A DNA stretch of 64,000 nt, from the NCBI RefSeq assembly GCF_001194135.2, contig NC_068984.1:12238213-12302212 (forward strand), given 5' to 3'. Below, in pieces: positions 12,070 through 24,296 of this stretch (its first letter is position 1; every line of letters starts with the position of its first letter). A program made the translations under genes and the position numbers. The notes under the pieces are model-generated. The model made no database searches. It saw only the letters and a list, made by a program, of their open reading frames with translations, and was not told the DNA's origin. This stretch comes from Octopus bimaculoides. Taxonomy: Eukaryota.

Positions 12070-12370
12070 AGCTTTTACTTGTTTCAGTCATTAGACTGTG
12101 GCCATGCTGGGGCACCACCCTGAAGAGGTTTTAGTCAGATGAATCGACCCCAGTACTTACTTTTTTAAAGCTTGGTACTTATTCTATCGGTCTCTTTTTG
12201 TTAAAGGGGTGTAAAAGCACCAACACCAGTTGTCAAGCAGTAGTGGGGGACAGACACACACATGACGGGATTCTTTCAATTTCTGTCTACCAAATCCACT
12301 CACAAGGCTTTAGTTGGCCTGAGGCTATAGTAGAAGACACTTGCCCAAGGTTCCACACAGTGGGAATGCT
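12070..12370 (-). mobile_element. SINE family A (diverged)
   Basis: Similar to the other A copies. Confidence 0.8.
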
Positions 12371-12539
12371 AAAGGGTGAACATAAAGTTGTTCACCAACA
12401 AACTTCAACCTCCGATCCACAGTTGGATTGTCTCTTCATTCCTCCTCTGTTACTGCTATTACAATGGTCTCCATTTCATGGCCCTAGTTGATCTCTAGCT
12501 CATCCAACTAACTTGTCACTCCTTTTGCTACCCATTTGT

Positions 12540-12690
12540 ATGCGATCTCCACTTAACCACTTTTCAAGTCCTTCCACCACAGAGTACCATCCGTCTGGAA
12601 ATCTGGAAATCTTTGCCTGCCTCTACAGTCATCAACTTACATTTGTTTAAGAAGTACATCAACCACATCAATCTTGCAAAGCCCAGGGAT
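12540..12690 (+). mobile_element. CR1/L2-like ORF2 C-terminal remnant
   Basis: ...EIWKSLPASTVINLHLFKKYINHINL resembles the LWNSLP...FK terminus of CR1/L2. Confidence 0.35.
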
Positions 12691-13026
12691 GCAGCCCCTT
12701 CCTTCAAACCCAAAAAATATTTAACCATAAAAACAATTAGATACAAAAAATTAAAATAAAATTTTTTAAATCCCATATTCAGGTGAACAATTTCACTATT
12801 AAAATATAAACAAAGAAATAAAAATTACAAAAATTGCTTTTTACATCTCATATTCAGGTTTTTCTAGTTCACTACCATGTTACTTTGACTGTTCTGTTTT
12901 GTAATCAGAAAATCCAAATTTGGTCTGGGTGAAGTAGTCCTGTTTGAGTCAGCTGAGAATAGTTTCCTCTTTGATATTAATGAATCATGAATACACAACC
13001 TGTCTTAAGCATTGTATTTTAGAATT

Positions 13027-13205
13027 TAACCCTTTAGTTACTGTATTTATTTTAAGATGCTCAGTGTTTCTTTCAATTAATTTTAAATAGAACAAAGAAT
13101 TTAGTAAAATAACTTAGTTATCATTCAGCGAGTGTTAGAACATAAATTGTGACTAAAGTTTGGACATTTGTACTACAGAGCCGGTTTCAGCCAGGTTGGT
13201 AATAA
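13027..13205 (-). mobile_element. Partial copy of the piggyBac-like MITE at 57209
   Basis: TTAA-CCCTTT end; body is the reverse complement of 57209-57429. Confidence 0.65.
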
Positions 13206-13329
13206 AATATTCAGCAATTTCACAGAATAATTTATATGCCAATAAGGGAGACACCATGGTCTCTCAAATTGCTAGAAAACAACAGTTAAATTTCCCTCAA
13301 ATCATATCCTGCCATTTTAAGAAAGGAAT

Positions 13330-13680
13330 GCATATGTGGGTCATTGCCAGTACCACCTGACTGGTTTCCTGTGCCAGTGGCATGTAAAAAGTACCATCTG
13401 AACATGGTCGATGCCAGCCTCCCCGCCCTGACTGGCTCTTGTGCCAGTAGCATGTAAGAAGCATCATTCGAGCATGGTTGTTGCCAGTGCTGCTTGACTG
13501 GCTCCCATGCTGGTGGCATGTAAAAAGCACCCACTACACTCTTGGAGTGGTTGGTGTTAGGAAAGGCATCCAGCTGTAGAAACTTTGCCAGATCAGATTG
13601 GAGCCTGGTGCGGTCTCCTGGCTTGCCAGTCCCAAGTCAAACCATCCGACCCATGTCAGCATGGAAATCGAACGTTAAAC
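13330..13680 (+). mobile_element. RTE-LINE 3'UTR fragment (minisatellite-bearing family)
   Basis: gcacccactacactc..ggcatccagctgtagaaac..catggaaatcgaacgttaa, shared with the 14608 copy. Confidence 0.75.
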
Positions 13681-14607
13681 AAACATATTGGACAGAGAAA
13701 TATCTTTAAATCATGGAGATGATTGACCAGGGGCTGATCTAGAGCTAAACTATAAGTGAGTAGCCATCCAGTTGAAATGAACAAAAAGATTCTGTTGTAA
13801 GAATGATTTTTCAGACATTACTTCCCAACCACGAGGTTCAAGGTTCAATCCCCCACTGTGTGAACATTGTAGGTTAACATTCTATACTGTAGCTGCAAGA
13901 CAATCAGTACCTTGTGAATGAAATTGGTAGACAGAAACTGAAGAAACCTGTTGTGTGTGTGTGTATATATATACACATATTTGTGTGTGTGTGTGTGTGT
14001 GTGTGTATCATCATCATCATCATCATCATCNNNNNNNNNNTATACACACACACACGTGTGTGTATATATATATACATACATACATATATATAAAAAACAG
14101 ACATTAAATGATGATGATATCTATCTATCTATAAATGTGTGTGGATATATATCACAAATTTAACAGAAACACAACAAACGGAAATATTACAAAAACATAA
14201 CAAACAGAAAATTTGTAGCTTATTTCTCATCAGTCAATGTCCAAAAGATCATTACAATTTCATGCCTTTAACGTTGATATTATTCACTTTCGGTGGCGCC
14301 AGTGGTGAAAAGCCACTGGGAAATAGCTAACGAATGTACAGGACAATGATGAAAAGAAACATGACAAAATAAAACATACATATACAACTAAAAAGCCATG
14401 CAGCTACAAGGCAGACTAACCTGGGGTAACGCAAAGGAAAATGAAAATGTCATGTAGGACTGGAGACTAGAGAAGGACAGACAGAAAGTCAGCATGAAGG
14501 AAGAAGTATTGGCAGGGGGAGAGTGGGAGGAAGGCAAAAGAGAGAGACAAATAGATGTTGCACAAAAAAAATATTCAAAGAATATTTATATATATATATA
14601 TAAACAT

Positions 14608-15258
14608 TGGGCTTCACCGAGGCAATGACTTCTGACCGAGACCTTTAGAAATATGCAGTGCATGAGAAGACCCGGCAAGCCAAGTGAGACCATAATCCGT
14701 GGCCTCTGCCAGGGGTGTAGGCAGCTCACTTATTCGTACCTTTACTTTATTGGACACTAAACTCTGCTTGTGAAGACCTGTTGCGGCAAGTGAAATCGAA
14801 ATCATAATTGAACCAAATTCGATGACTGGCACCTGTGCCAGTGGAGTGCTAACAACACTGTCCCAGTGTGATCATTGCCAGAGCAGCTGTCTGGCTTCCG
14901 TGCCAGTGGCATGTAAATAGCACCATTTGAGCGTGATCGTTACCAGCGTTGCCTTACTGGCACGTGAAAAGACATTCGAGTGAGGTCGTTGTCAGTCTGC
15001 TGGACTGGCTCCTGTGCAGGTGGCACGTAAAAAACACCATTTTGAGCGTGGCCGTTGCCAGTACCGCCTGACTGGCCGCTGGTGGCATGTAAAAGCACCC
15101 ACTGCACTCTCGGAGTGGTTGGCGTTAGGAAGCGCATCCAGCTGTAGAAACTCTGCCAGATCAGATTGGAGCCTGGTGTAGCCATCTGGTTCGCCAGTCC
15201 TCAGTCAAATCGTCCAAAGCATGCTAGCATGGAAAACAGATGTTAAATGATGATGATG

Positions 15259-15260
<2 letters not shown>
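14608..15260 (+). mobile_element. RTE-LINE 3' end: last ORF2 codons + long 3'UTR with ~65-bp tandem units + (GAT)n tail
   Basis: Starts LGFTEAMTSDRDL*KYAVHEKTRQAK*; ends catggaaaacagatgttaaatgatgatgatgat. Confidence 0.8.
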
Positions 15261-15289
<29 letters not shown>

Positions 15290-15558
15290 AATGTGCAAAG
15301 GCAGGAAGCAGGTGGGTCTTTGGATGAATATATGATTGGTACTTATTCCATTTACCTCTCTTCTCACCTCATCAGAAAGATGAAAGACAGTGTTGAACCT
15401 TGAGATTTGAAACTAAAATATTCTTTATAAATCTAACTAAATATTTCAAGGTTCTAATACTGTGTAATGCATTATTATTTCTATCATTCCATCACCTTTT
15501 GCTCTCAAATAATAAAGTAAACAGTTTAATACGTTTAAAGACATGATAATGCCAGTTC

Positions 15559-15564
15559 TTTATT
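15559..15564 (-). promoter_or_regulatory. Candidate polyadenylation signal AATAAA of the hexosaminidase
   Basis: AATAAA on the minus strand about 125 nt after the stop. The motif is common in AT-rich DNA, so support is weak. Confidence 0.35.
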
Positions 15565-15687
15565 TTTATAAAGATATCCAAATACAAGAATATTTCAAGA
15601 ATGCATTGGCAGAAATTGAGCTATAAAAAAATACAGTCATTGCAGTGAGTGGCAGGAGAAAGCTGAGAAAAAAAGTTTAAAGACTGA

Positions 15688-15748
15688 TTAACTTATATTT
15701 GGACTTAGCAATTCAATCTGTCTGCTTGACCGATGTCTGTCAGTAGCG
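15688..15748 (-). CDS. Hexosaminidase last coding exon (SATDRHRSSRQIELLSPNIS*)
   Basis: Not in the ORF track. Acceptor ttctttttcag|; phase 2 completes AGC; TAA at 15690-15688; resembles the chitobiase C-terminus (SxDGKRxSR). Confidence 0.75.
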
Positions 15749-17690
15749 CTGAAAAAGAATTTAGAATATTTAAATCAACAACAAAAGATGTTATATGAGT
15801 CATCATAAAAAACTTCTCCTAATTTTCCCTCTGTTCCTTTCCTCATCTTGGTGTTAGTTTTCTGCAGTTTGTATGAGTTTGGTAAATCAGTGTAGAAATT
15901 GCTTTCAAATTAAATTTTAACTGTTACCAAACTTCCCAGTCAATTTCATGCTCTTCTAAGACAGCTGTGGGTCCTTTCTTAGAGTGTACCACAGAACAGA
16001 AGGTGAGTTTCTGTTGAGTTTCCAAGGCAGTTTTGATTTGTTATTTACAAGATTATCCACCATCTTTCCAACAACAACCTTGGGTACCTTTTTGAATTCT
16101 ATATGTCTAACACCCATGGACATGCTTACAAAATCAAAACCAACACAGCATCTACGACTTTTGAAAACATTTTTTCACACTCGGAATTGCTGAAGCATGG
16201 AATAAACTACGTGCATCAGTTGTTAGCTGTCAGGATACCACAGCCTTCAAAACCTCTATGCTTCCTGAAATTTGCCAACCGTACACCTGATGTCACCACC
16301 CACTTTTTTATTAATCAATTCAATCACTGTTTACTTTCTGAGCATTATTCTCTGCCCTGTTCANNNNNNNNNNNNNNNNNNNNNNNNNNNNNNNNNNNNN
16401 NNNNNNNNNNNNNNNNNNNNNNNNNNNNNNNNNNNNNNNNNNNNNNNNNNNNNNNNNNNNNNNNNNNNNNNNNNNNNNNNNNNNNNNNNNNNNNNNNNNN
16501 NNNNNNNNNNNNNNNNNNNNNNNNNNNNNNNNNNNNNNNNNNNNNNNNNNNNNNNNNNNNNNNNNNNNNNNNNNNNNNNNNNNNNNNNNNNNNNNNNNNN
16601 NNNNNAAAAAAAAAAAAAAACTGTCAACCAACATAGCTATCATCATCATCATGACAGTTACTGCTAAAACCCAGTGTATAAATATGCTGAAGAAGACCCT
16701 ACAACTTAATAGTCACCAAATCTTCTTCCACAAATACCCTCATGTCCTTAAAATGGTGCTATGTGCTTTAAATCCTAAATTTCAGAGCAATTTTCCAACA
16801 CTAAAGACACATGGTTACTTAAACTATAGAGAAAGCAAGCTATTTTACTTCTACACAAACTTTACACTGTTAATGAAGCATTTTGCATTACGATAACTTG
16901 GCTTAAATAGTGCTATATTAAACAGAGCAGAATGTTTAGCAGTAGGAGAAGCACTCAACCATGAAACAAAAATACTAATAAACACTTATATGTTGTCATG
17001 TCGTCATATATAAATATGACAGAATTGAATTTACATGTAACAAGTTTCAAAAGAATACTACTAGTTTTAACACAATAATGTCATTTAAAATGTGCATTAT
17101 GAAACGGAGTCAATGGGAAGATATTTCTAACTGGAGAGTGAATCACAGCACAATGAAACAAAGCCAAAGAAACATTCAGCTTTTATGAACCTATTTGACC
17201 CAATGTAGAATCAGAATATAAGAATATAAGGCGGCGAGCTGGCAGAAACATTAGCACGCCAGGCGAAATGCTTAGCGGTATTTCGTCTGCCGTTACGTTC
17301 TGAGTTCAAATTCCGCCGTGGTCGACTTTGCCTTTCATCCTTCTGGGGTCGATAAATTAAGTACCAGTTGAGCACTGGGTTCGATGTAATCGACTTAATC
17401 CCTTTGTCTGTCTTTGTTTGTCCCCTCTGTGTTTAGCCCCTTGTGGGCAATAAAGAAATAAGAATATAAGATATGTTACTGTGTCACGACAAAGAATACC
17501 TCATAAAGGGCTCGGTTTGGAGCAGAGGTATCTCCCATTTTTAAAGGATATTACGATATTTCAGTGTTCATCTTATACAGCAGAAATTTTTACCAATATA
17601 GCGCAACACTAGCTACATCAAATTCCAGTGATTATATCAATTATTTAAGAATGTGTGTAATTTTATGTTTATATACAAGGATATATGCAT

Positions 17691-17746
<56 letters not shown>

Positions 17747-20700
17747 GGGTGTATGAGTATGGTATGGATAGCATACATGGGTGTGCAAGTGTTTTCATGT
17801 ATAATGTGAACATGTGAATTAAATTTTAGTAAGGATTTGAAGGATGCTTGGCTCCTAGATATGTCACAGACCCACTTGTGTGCAGACCATACTCAGATGT
17901 CATGTGGACCATTATCCCTGCCTAAGGCTTAAATAGTCCCTGTACCTCAAGGGTAAGTTTGGGGAAGCAGGAAACTAGCGGAGTAAACAGTAAATATACC
18001 AGCAAAAAGGAACTGGAAACGACTACTGTATCTATGCCAAGAAAATTTATAGAACCTTTAAACTTTGGTCCATGATCACTGATGCCTGTTGGCGAAGCAC
18101 ATGAACAAGTCACCAATTCCAAATGGCTGCATATCTTCATAACCCAAAATGTACATGATTATGGCTTTAGAGATGTTAACTATGAAAACATTTAAATTAT
18201 TTCAGAAATATTTTCATATCTATGTTGCAGATGGCACAATCAAAGGAAGAATGGAGGTATGCTGTGACCAGCAATGGATAGGAGCATCTGATAGTCTGGT
18301 TGATTAAGAGATCTTATTGATGGTATCAAATGTGATTAAATCTTGAAAAAGTGGCAATTCCAGAGCAAAAAAATTCCCAGTAGTATACACAATTTTATGC
18401 AATCTTTGAATTTTTTGTAAATATTCTTTTTTTTTGAGTATATTAATCAGACATATTTTTCTGTTTACAATCTAATAATTCAAGCCTCAATTTTTCAATC
18501 ATTTTGTAAAAAGCAACTCTACAGGGTGTCCACTGACTGGCTCCTGTGCCGGCGGCACATAAAAAGCACCATCCGAATGTGGTTGATGTCAGTACTGCCA
18601 GACTGGCTCCCGTGCCAGTGGCATGTAAAAAGCACCTACTACACTCTCAGAGTGGTTAGCATTAGGAAGGGCATCCAGTTGTAGAAACCTCAGGAGTGGC
18701 TGTGTGGTAAGTAGCTTGCTTACCAACCACATGGTTCCGGGTGGAATTTGAACCTAGAATGTAAGGAGCTTAAAGAAATGCCACTAAGCATTTTGTCTGA
18801 CATGCTAATGATTCTGCTAGCTAATAATAATAATGATAATAATAATAATAACGACGATGACGACCACAACAACAACAATAATAAGAGCACTCAGAGAGTG
18901 CAAACCTCTGCCAAGGCAATACTAACGTCCTTTCAATGATTAGCCAGAGATGATTTTTAAAATGAAAATGTCTGAAATAAACTCGTCTGCTCTCACAAAC
19001 GAGAATACTAAAAATGAACCTGACCGCTCTCAAAAATTAAGTAAAAAAAAAAACCTGGAAAAATAATCCAGAATCCTTGTCTGGCACCAGATTGATCCCA
19101 AAATCTAATCAGTTCATGCCAGTCATGAGGCAAAACATCCCTGAAAGTTTCATCCGAATCTATTCAGCGGTTCTTGAGATATCTTGTCCACGGACAAACA
19201 AATAAACAAACAGGACTGAAAACAATACCTCTGCCTTAATGAAGGTGGAGGTAGTAAAGAACCCAATAGATTACCTGGTTTGCAATAAAACTTTAGTGTT
19301 GCTGGGAATGTGAATTGGCTCATTAGACTGAGTGGTCCAAGTTTCTCCATTATCAATACTGTACTGAATTGGAAGGCCAGGATAAGTACAATTCACCTCT
19401 AATCTTCCATCTTCAAGGAACCTGAACAAATAAAATAGATCAATTGTCAAATATTAGGTTTTTCAAGGCTTGGTCAAGGTTTAAAGTGGAATAAAGTATA
19501 CCAAAGTAGAATAGTGTCAGTTGACAATGAAGGAAAGAAGGAAATTGCTGTCTTGATGAAAAAAGAAATATATATATTTCTATTATCAAAGAAGGCACAG
19601 GTGTGGTTGTGTGGTAAGAAGTTTGCTTCCCAACTAGATGGTTTCAGGTTAAATCTCACTGTGTGGCACCTTGGACAAGTGTCTCCTACTATAGCCTCAA
19701 GCTGACCAAAGCATTGTGAGCAGATTTGGTAAACAGAAACTGGTTATAAGCCTGCTGTATACATCTATATATCAATATATACACACATCCTGCCAAAAAC
19801 AATCACAGAAGTCTGGTGCAGGCTTCTTGTGAGACTGTCCCACCCATACTAGCATGGAAGGTGGACGCTAAATGATGATGATGATGGCTGCCAGGGTCAC
19901 GTGCCGTGGAGAAGCAGGTACAGCAACAGTTTGGATGGTATACTGTTATAGTGCTTGCGAAGACCTGTTGAGGCAAGTGAAATCGAAATCGAACTAAATT
20001 TGTAGGAACACTAAACTCAGCTTGCGAAGACCTGTTGGGGCAAGCGAAAGCGAAATCGTGATTGCACCTGTACCAGTGGAGCACTAAGAGCACCATCCGA
20101 GTGTGATCGTTGACAGAGCAGCTGTCTGGCTTCTGTGCCGGTGGCACGTAAATAGCACCAGCGTGATCGTTACCAACGTCGCCTCCTGGCACTTGTGCCA
20201 GTGGCATGTGAAAAGACATTCGAGCGAGATTGTTGCCAGTGCCGCTGGACTGGCTCCTGTGCAGGTGGCATGTAAAATACACCATTTCGAGTGTGGCCGT
20301 TGCCAGTACCGCCTGACTGGCCTTCGTGCCGGTGGCATGTAANNNNNNNNNNGCAGGTGGCATGTAAAATACACCATTTCGAGTGTGGCCGTTGCCAGTA
20401 CCGCCTGACTGGCCTTCGTGCCGGTGGCATGTAAAAGCACCCACTACACTCTCAGAGTGGTTGGCATTAGGAAGGACATCCAGCTGTAGAAACTCTACCA
20501 GATCAGATTGGGGCCTGGTGTAGCCATCTGGTTTGTCAGTCTTCAGTCAAATCGTCCAACCCATGCTAGCATGGAAAGCGGACATTAACCGACGATGAAG
20601 TCAGCTGAGCAGAGACCATTCTAATAGTGATAGAATCAAGAAGTGTGAGCAAGTGAAGGTTGGCAGAGCAGATGGGTTCACTCTCAACTGCTCACACACA

Positions 20701-23700
20701 TTTGTGATTTAAAGTCAGTAGTTGTTTACGGCTGAATTAATGTCTAGTTTTGTTCCATTTAGATCAGAGACCACTGAGTTAATTCCCTTGTAATCTTGTA
20801 ACAAGCCATTAGAAAAAGTATCAGATTTTCCACAGGGCGACCTCAACATCTAAATTATGAAAATGTGGTAAGAAGTTTGTTTCCCAACCACATGGTTCCA
20901 GGTTCAGTTTCACTGCACGGCTCCTTGGGCAAGTGTCTTCTGCTATAGCCGTGAGCCAACCAAAGCCTTGTGAGTGGATTTTGTTGATGGAAACTGAAAG
21001 AAGTCTGTCGTATGTATGGATGGGTCTGCATGTGTGTGTGTGTGTGTGTGTCCCTCCCCCACCGATTGACACTGGTGTTTACACCCCCACAACTTAGCAG
21101 CTCAACAAGAAAGACTGATATAGTAAGAACAAGCTTGGAAAAAAATAAGTACTAGGGTAAATTTGTTTGACTAAACCCTTTGAGGTGATGCCCCAGCATG
21201 GCCACAGTGCAACGACTGAAACAAGTAAAAGACAAAAGAAATATAATTTTCCATTATATTATCACAGAATAACACCAAATGACTTGCTTCGTTTCAGATT
21301 TCTAACCCTTTACCTGTCCAAAGCATTTTCATTAGTTTGTCTCAAATGTCCATGCTCGCTTTCAGAATTTTAGTTAGCCCTTTTTAACATATGTTCTGAG
21401 TAATGTAAAACGTTCCTTTCTAGTGGTTGGAAAAAATTGAGGATGTGTATCATATGTGATGCATTTTTTTTATTTTTGTCTTGCAAGGTACTTGGTGACC
21501 CTGTCAGAGCAGGGACCACTTAAAACCATTCAGTCCACACTGTAAAGTGGTTGGTGTTTGGAAGGGTATCCAGCTGTAAAAACCTTGCCAAAACTGACCT
21601 TGCCTGTGCTTGTGCCATGTAAAAAGCAATAAGGGCATCTAGCTGTAAAAATCCTGCCAAAAACAGTCACAGAAGTCTGGTGCAGGCTTCTGCCTGGCTG
21701 GCTCTTGTGAAACTGTCCCACCCATGCTAGCATGGAAGGCAGACACTAAATGATGATGATGATGGCTTCCAGGGTCACGTGCCCTGTGTATTACATGTGA
21801 TACATAGGACAAACAAAGGGTTAAAACAACTTCTTTTGTATAAAACTGTGAGGGTCATCAGTTATACATATGGCAGGCTTCTGTACAGTTTCCTCTACAA
21901 AATTCCAGTGCTGCAAATATTATTTTGTAAATGACTTCCAGTGCTAATTGGATACCATGTAATAATTTTAAAAGTGGTTTACTTACCTGGCACCAGGTGG
22001 CACTAAATGATAAGCTATATGTGCCTGTTCCAATCGAGATAATTCTTTTGTACCAAGTGTTTTAGCAAAGCTGGCCCAATCTTTTGTTGATTCAGCATCT
22101 CTTTTGGACTTTTCTGTTTCATTTTCCCAGCTTGCTTTGTGCCATGCCCTTTCAGCCATAGCTATAAGACGAGGAAATACCATACACTCTAGTTGTTCAG
22201 ATGTACGGACTAGTTCTGACCACAGTTGACCTTGGATCCCTACAAAGAGAAACAGAAGTTTTAAAAGTTTCAGACAATTCTTTAGCACATTTAACAAGTT
22301 AGCAGCGAAGGTCATATTGATATTTTATCTTCAACTAAAATGGCAGGCTGGCAGAATAGTTAGCACACGGGACAAAATTCTTAGTGATATTTTATCTGTC
22401 TTTCCATTCTGAGTTCAAATTCTGTTAAGGTCGACTTTCATCCTTTCAGGGTTGATAAAAGAACTATCAGTTGAGTAGAGAGGTTGTTTTGGTGATAGAC
22501 ATTAACACTCCTGTATGATTAAAAGGTGGACTCACCAAACTCTTATAAAGAGTAATGTGTATCGTTGAGATGGAAGAAGGAGTTGGTGTCTCACATGTTG
22601 ATAGTTGGAAGGTTAAGTTGGTAATACACTGTTTTACCCCACCACTTTGTTTAAAATCATATATCCGCAACCAGGGGTTGTTGTTGGCACTCTGTCGCTT
22701 ACGATGTCGAGGGTTCCAGTTGATCCAATCAACGGAACAGCCTGCTCGTGAAATTAACGTGCAAATGGCTGAGCACTCCACAGACACGCGTACCCTTAAC
22801 GTAGTTCTCGGGGAGATTCAGCGTGACAAGGCTGGCCCTTTGAATTACAGGCACAACAAAAATAGGAAGTAAGAGTGAGAGAAAGTTGCGGTGAAAGAGT
22901 ACAGCAGGGTTCGCCACCATCCCCTGCTGGAGCCTCGTGGAGCTTTAGGTGTTTTCGCTCAATAAACACTCACAACGCCCGGTCTGGGAATCGAAACCGC
23001 GATCTTATGACCGCAAGTCCGTTGCCCTAACCACTGAGCCATTGCGCCTCCACTCAACCAGGGGTATAAAAGAGATTAATGCAATCATCCACCTCTTTCA
23101 CTTCAAACTTCAGGCTGTGTGCCTATAGCATAAAGAAATATCTTATTTTCAACTAAAATATTTTAGATTTACATTTAAAATTTTGTATTTGGTTTGCAAG
23201 ATTCTTGATGTGAACTCATGTGTTGAAACATATTTTGTTATATCATTTGAGGGTCACAACCTTCAGATGCGCTATCTTTGGAGGGTCATTATGACAATAA
23301 TAAACACATGCATTGGTTCTATTTCACTTCTTTATTAATTATTTGTTAATTGGTTAAGTATGTCACTAATTAGCTAAAAAATTATTTGATGTTCCAGAAC
23401 AATTACCGTGACCAAACGAAACAGCTTCTGAAAGTCATTGAGAAAATACTGTTTTACTTACCAATAATGTTTTCAGGAACTTTTAGGTTCACAATTTTCT
23501 TCTCGTAAGTTTTAATATCATCAATAGAAAGAGGTTCACCAGTCAGTTTATAATCAGCGTTAGCATAGAGGTCATCTGGAATGAACTTAAACACTTTTTC
23601 AGTGTCTATAAACCGGGCTGCCCAATAAAGACCTCTCTCTTCAGGATCTGGTTCATAAGGGTGGTCGAAATAAAGGTGTGTAGCCTGAGACATGACTACC

Positions 23701-24265
23701 TAGAAGTAAAATTCAAAGCAGTTACTCTCTCTTTTACTTTTTTCACTTGTTTCAGTCATTTGACTGTGGCCATGCTGGAGCACTGCCTTTAGTCAAAAGA
23801 ATCGCCCCCCCCCCCCCGGACTTATTCTTTTGTAAGCCTAGTACTTATTCTATCGGTCTCTTTTGCCGGACTGCTAAGTTACGGGGACGTAAACACACCA
23901 GCATTGGTTGTCAAGCGAAGGTGGGGGGACAAATACAGACACACAAGCATGGCCTTCGTGCCGGTGGCACGTAAAAAGTACCCACTACACTCTCAGAGTG
24001 ATTGGCGTTAGGAAGGGCATCCAGCTGTAGAAACTCAGCCAGATCAGATTGGAGCCTGGTGTAACCATCTGGTTCACCAGTCTTCAGTCAAATCGTCCAA
24101 CCCATGCTAGCATGGAAAGTGGACGNNNNNNNNNNNNNNNNNNNNNNNNNNNNNNNNNNNNNNNNNNNNNNNNNNNNNNNNNNNNNNNNNNNNNNNNNNN
24201 NNNNNNNNNNNNNNNNNNNNNNNNNNNNNNNNNNNNNNNNNNNNNNNNNNNNNNNNNNNNNNNNN

Positions 24266-24296
<31 letters not shown>

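Noticed and set aside
17922-18140. Minus-strand ORF as a possible extra hexosaminidase exon
   Set aside because: No homology to the chitobiase C-terminus; exons 19421-19275 and 15748-15688 already complete the domain in frame.
20261-20434. Identical 82-nt direct repeat on either side of a 10-N gap
   Set aside because: Typical unmerged contig overlap, not a biological duplication.
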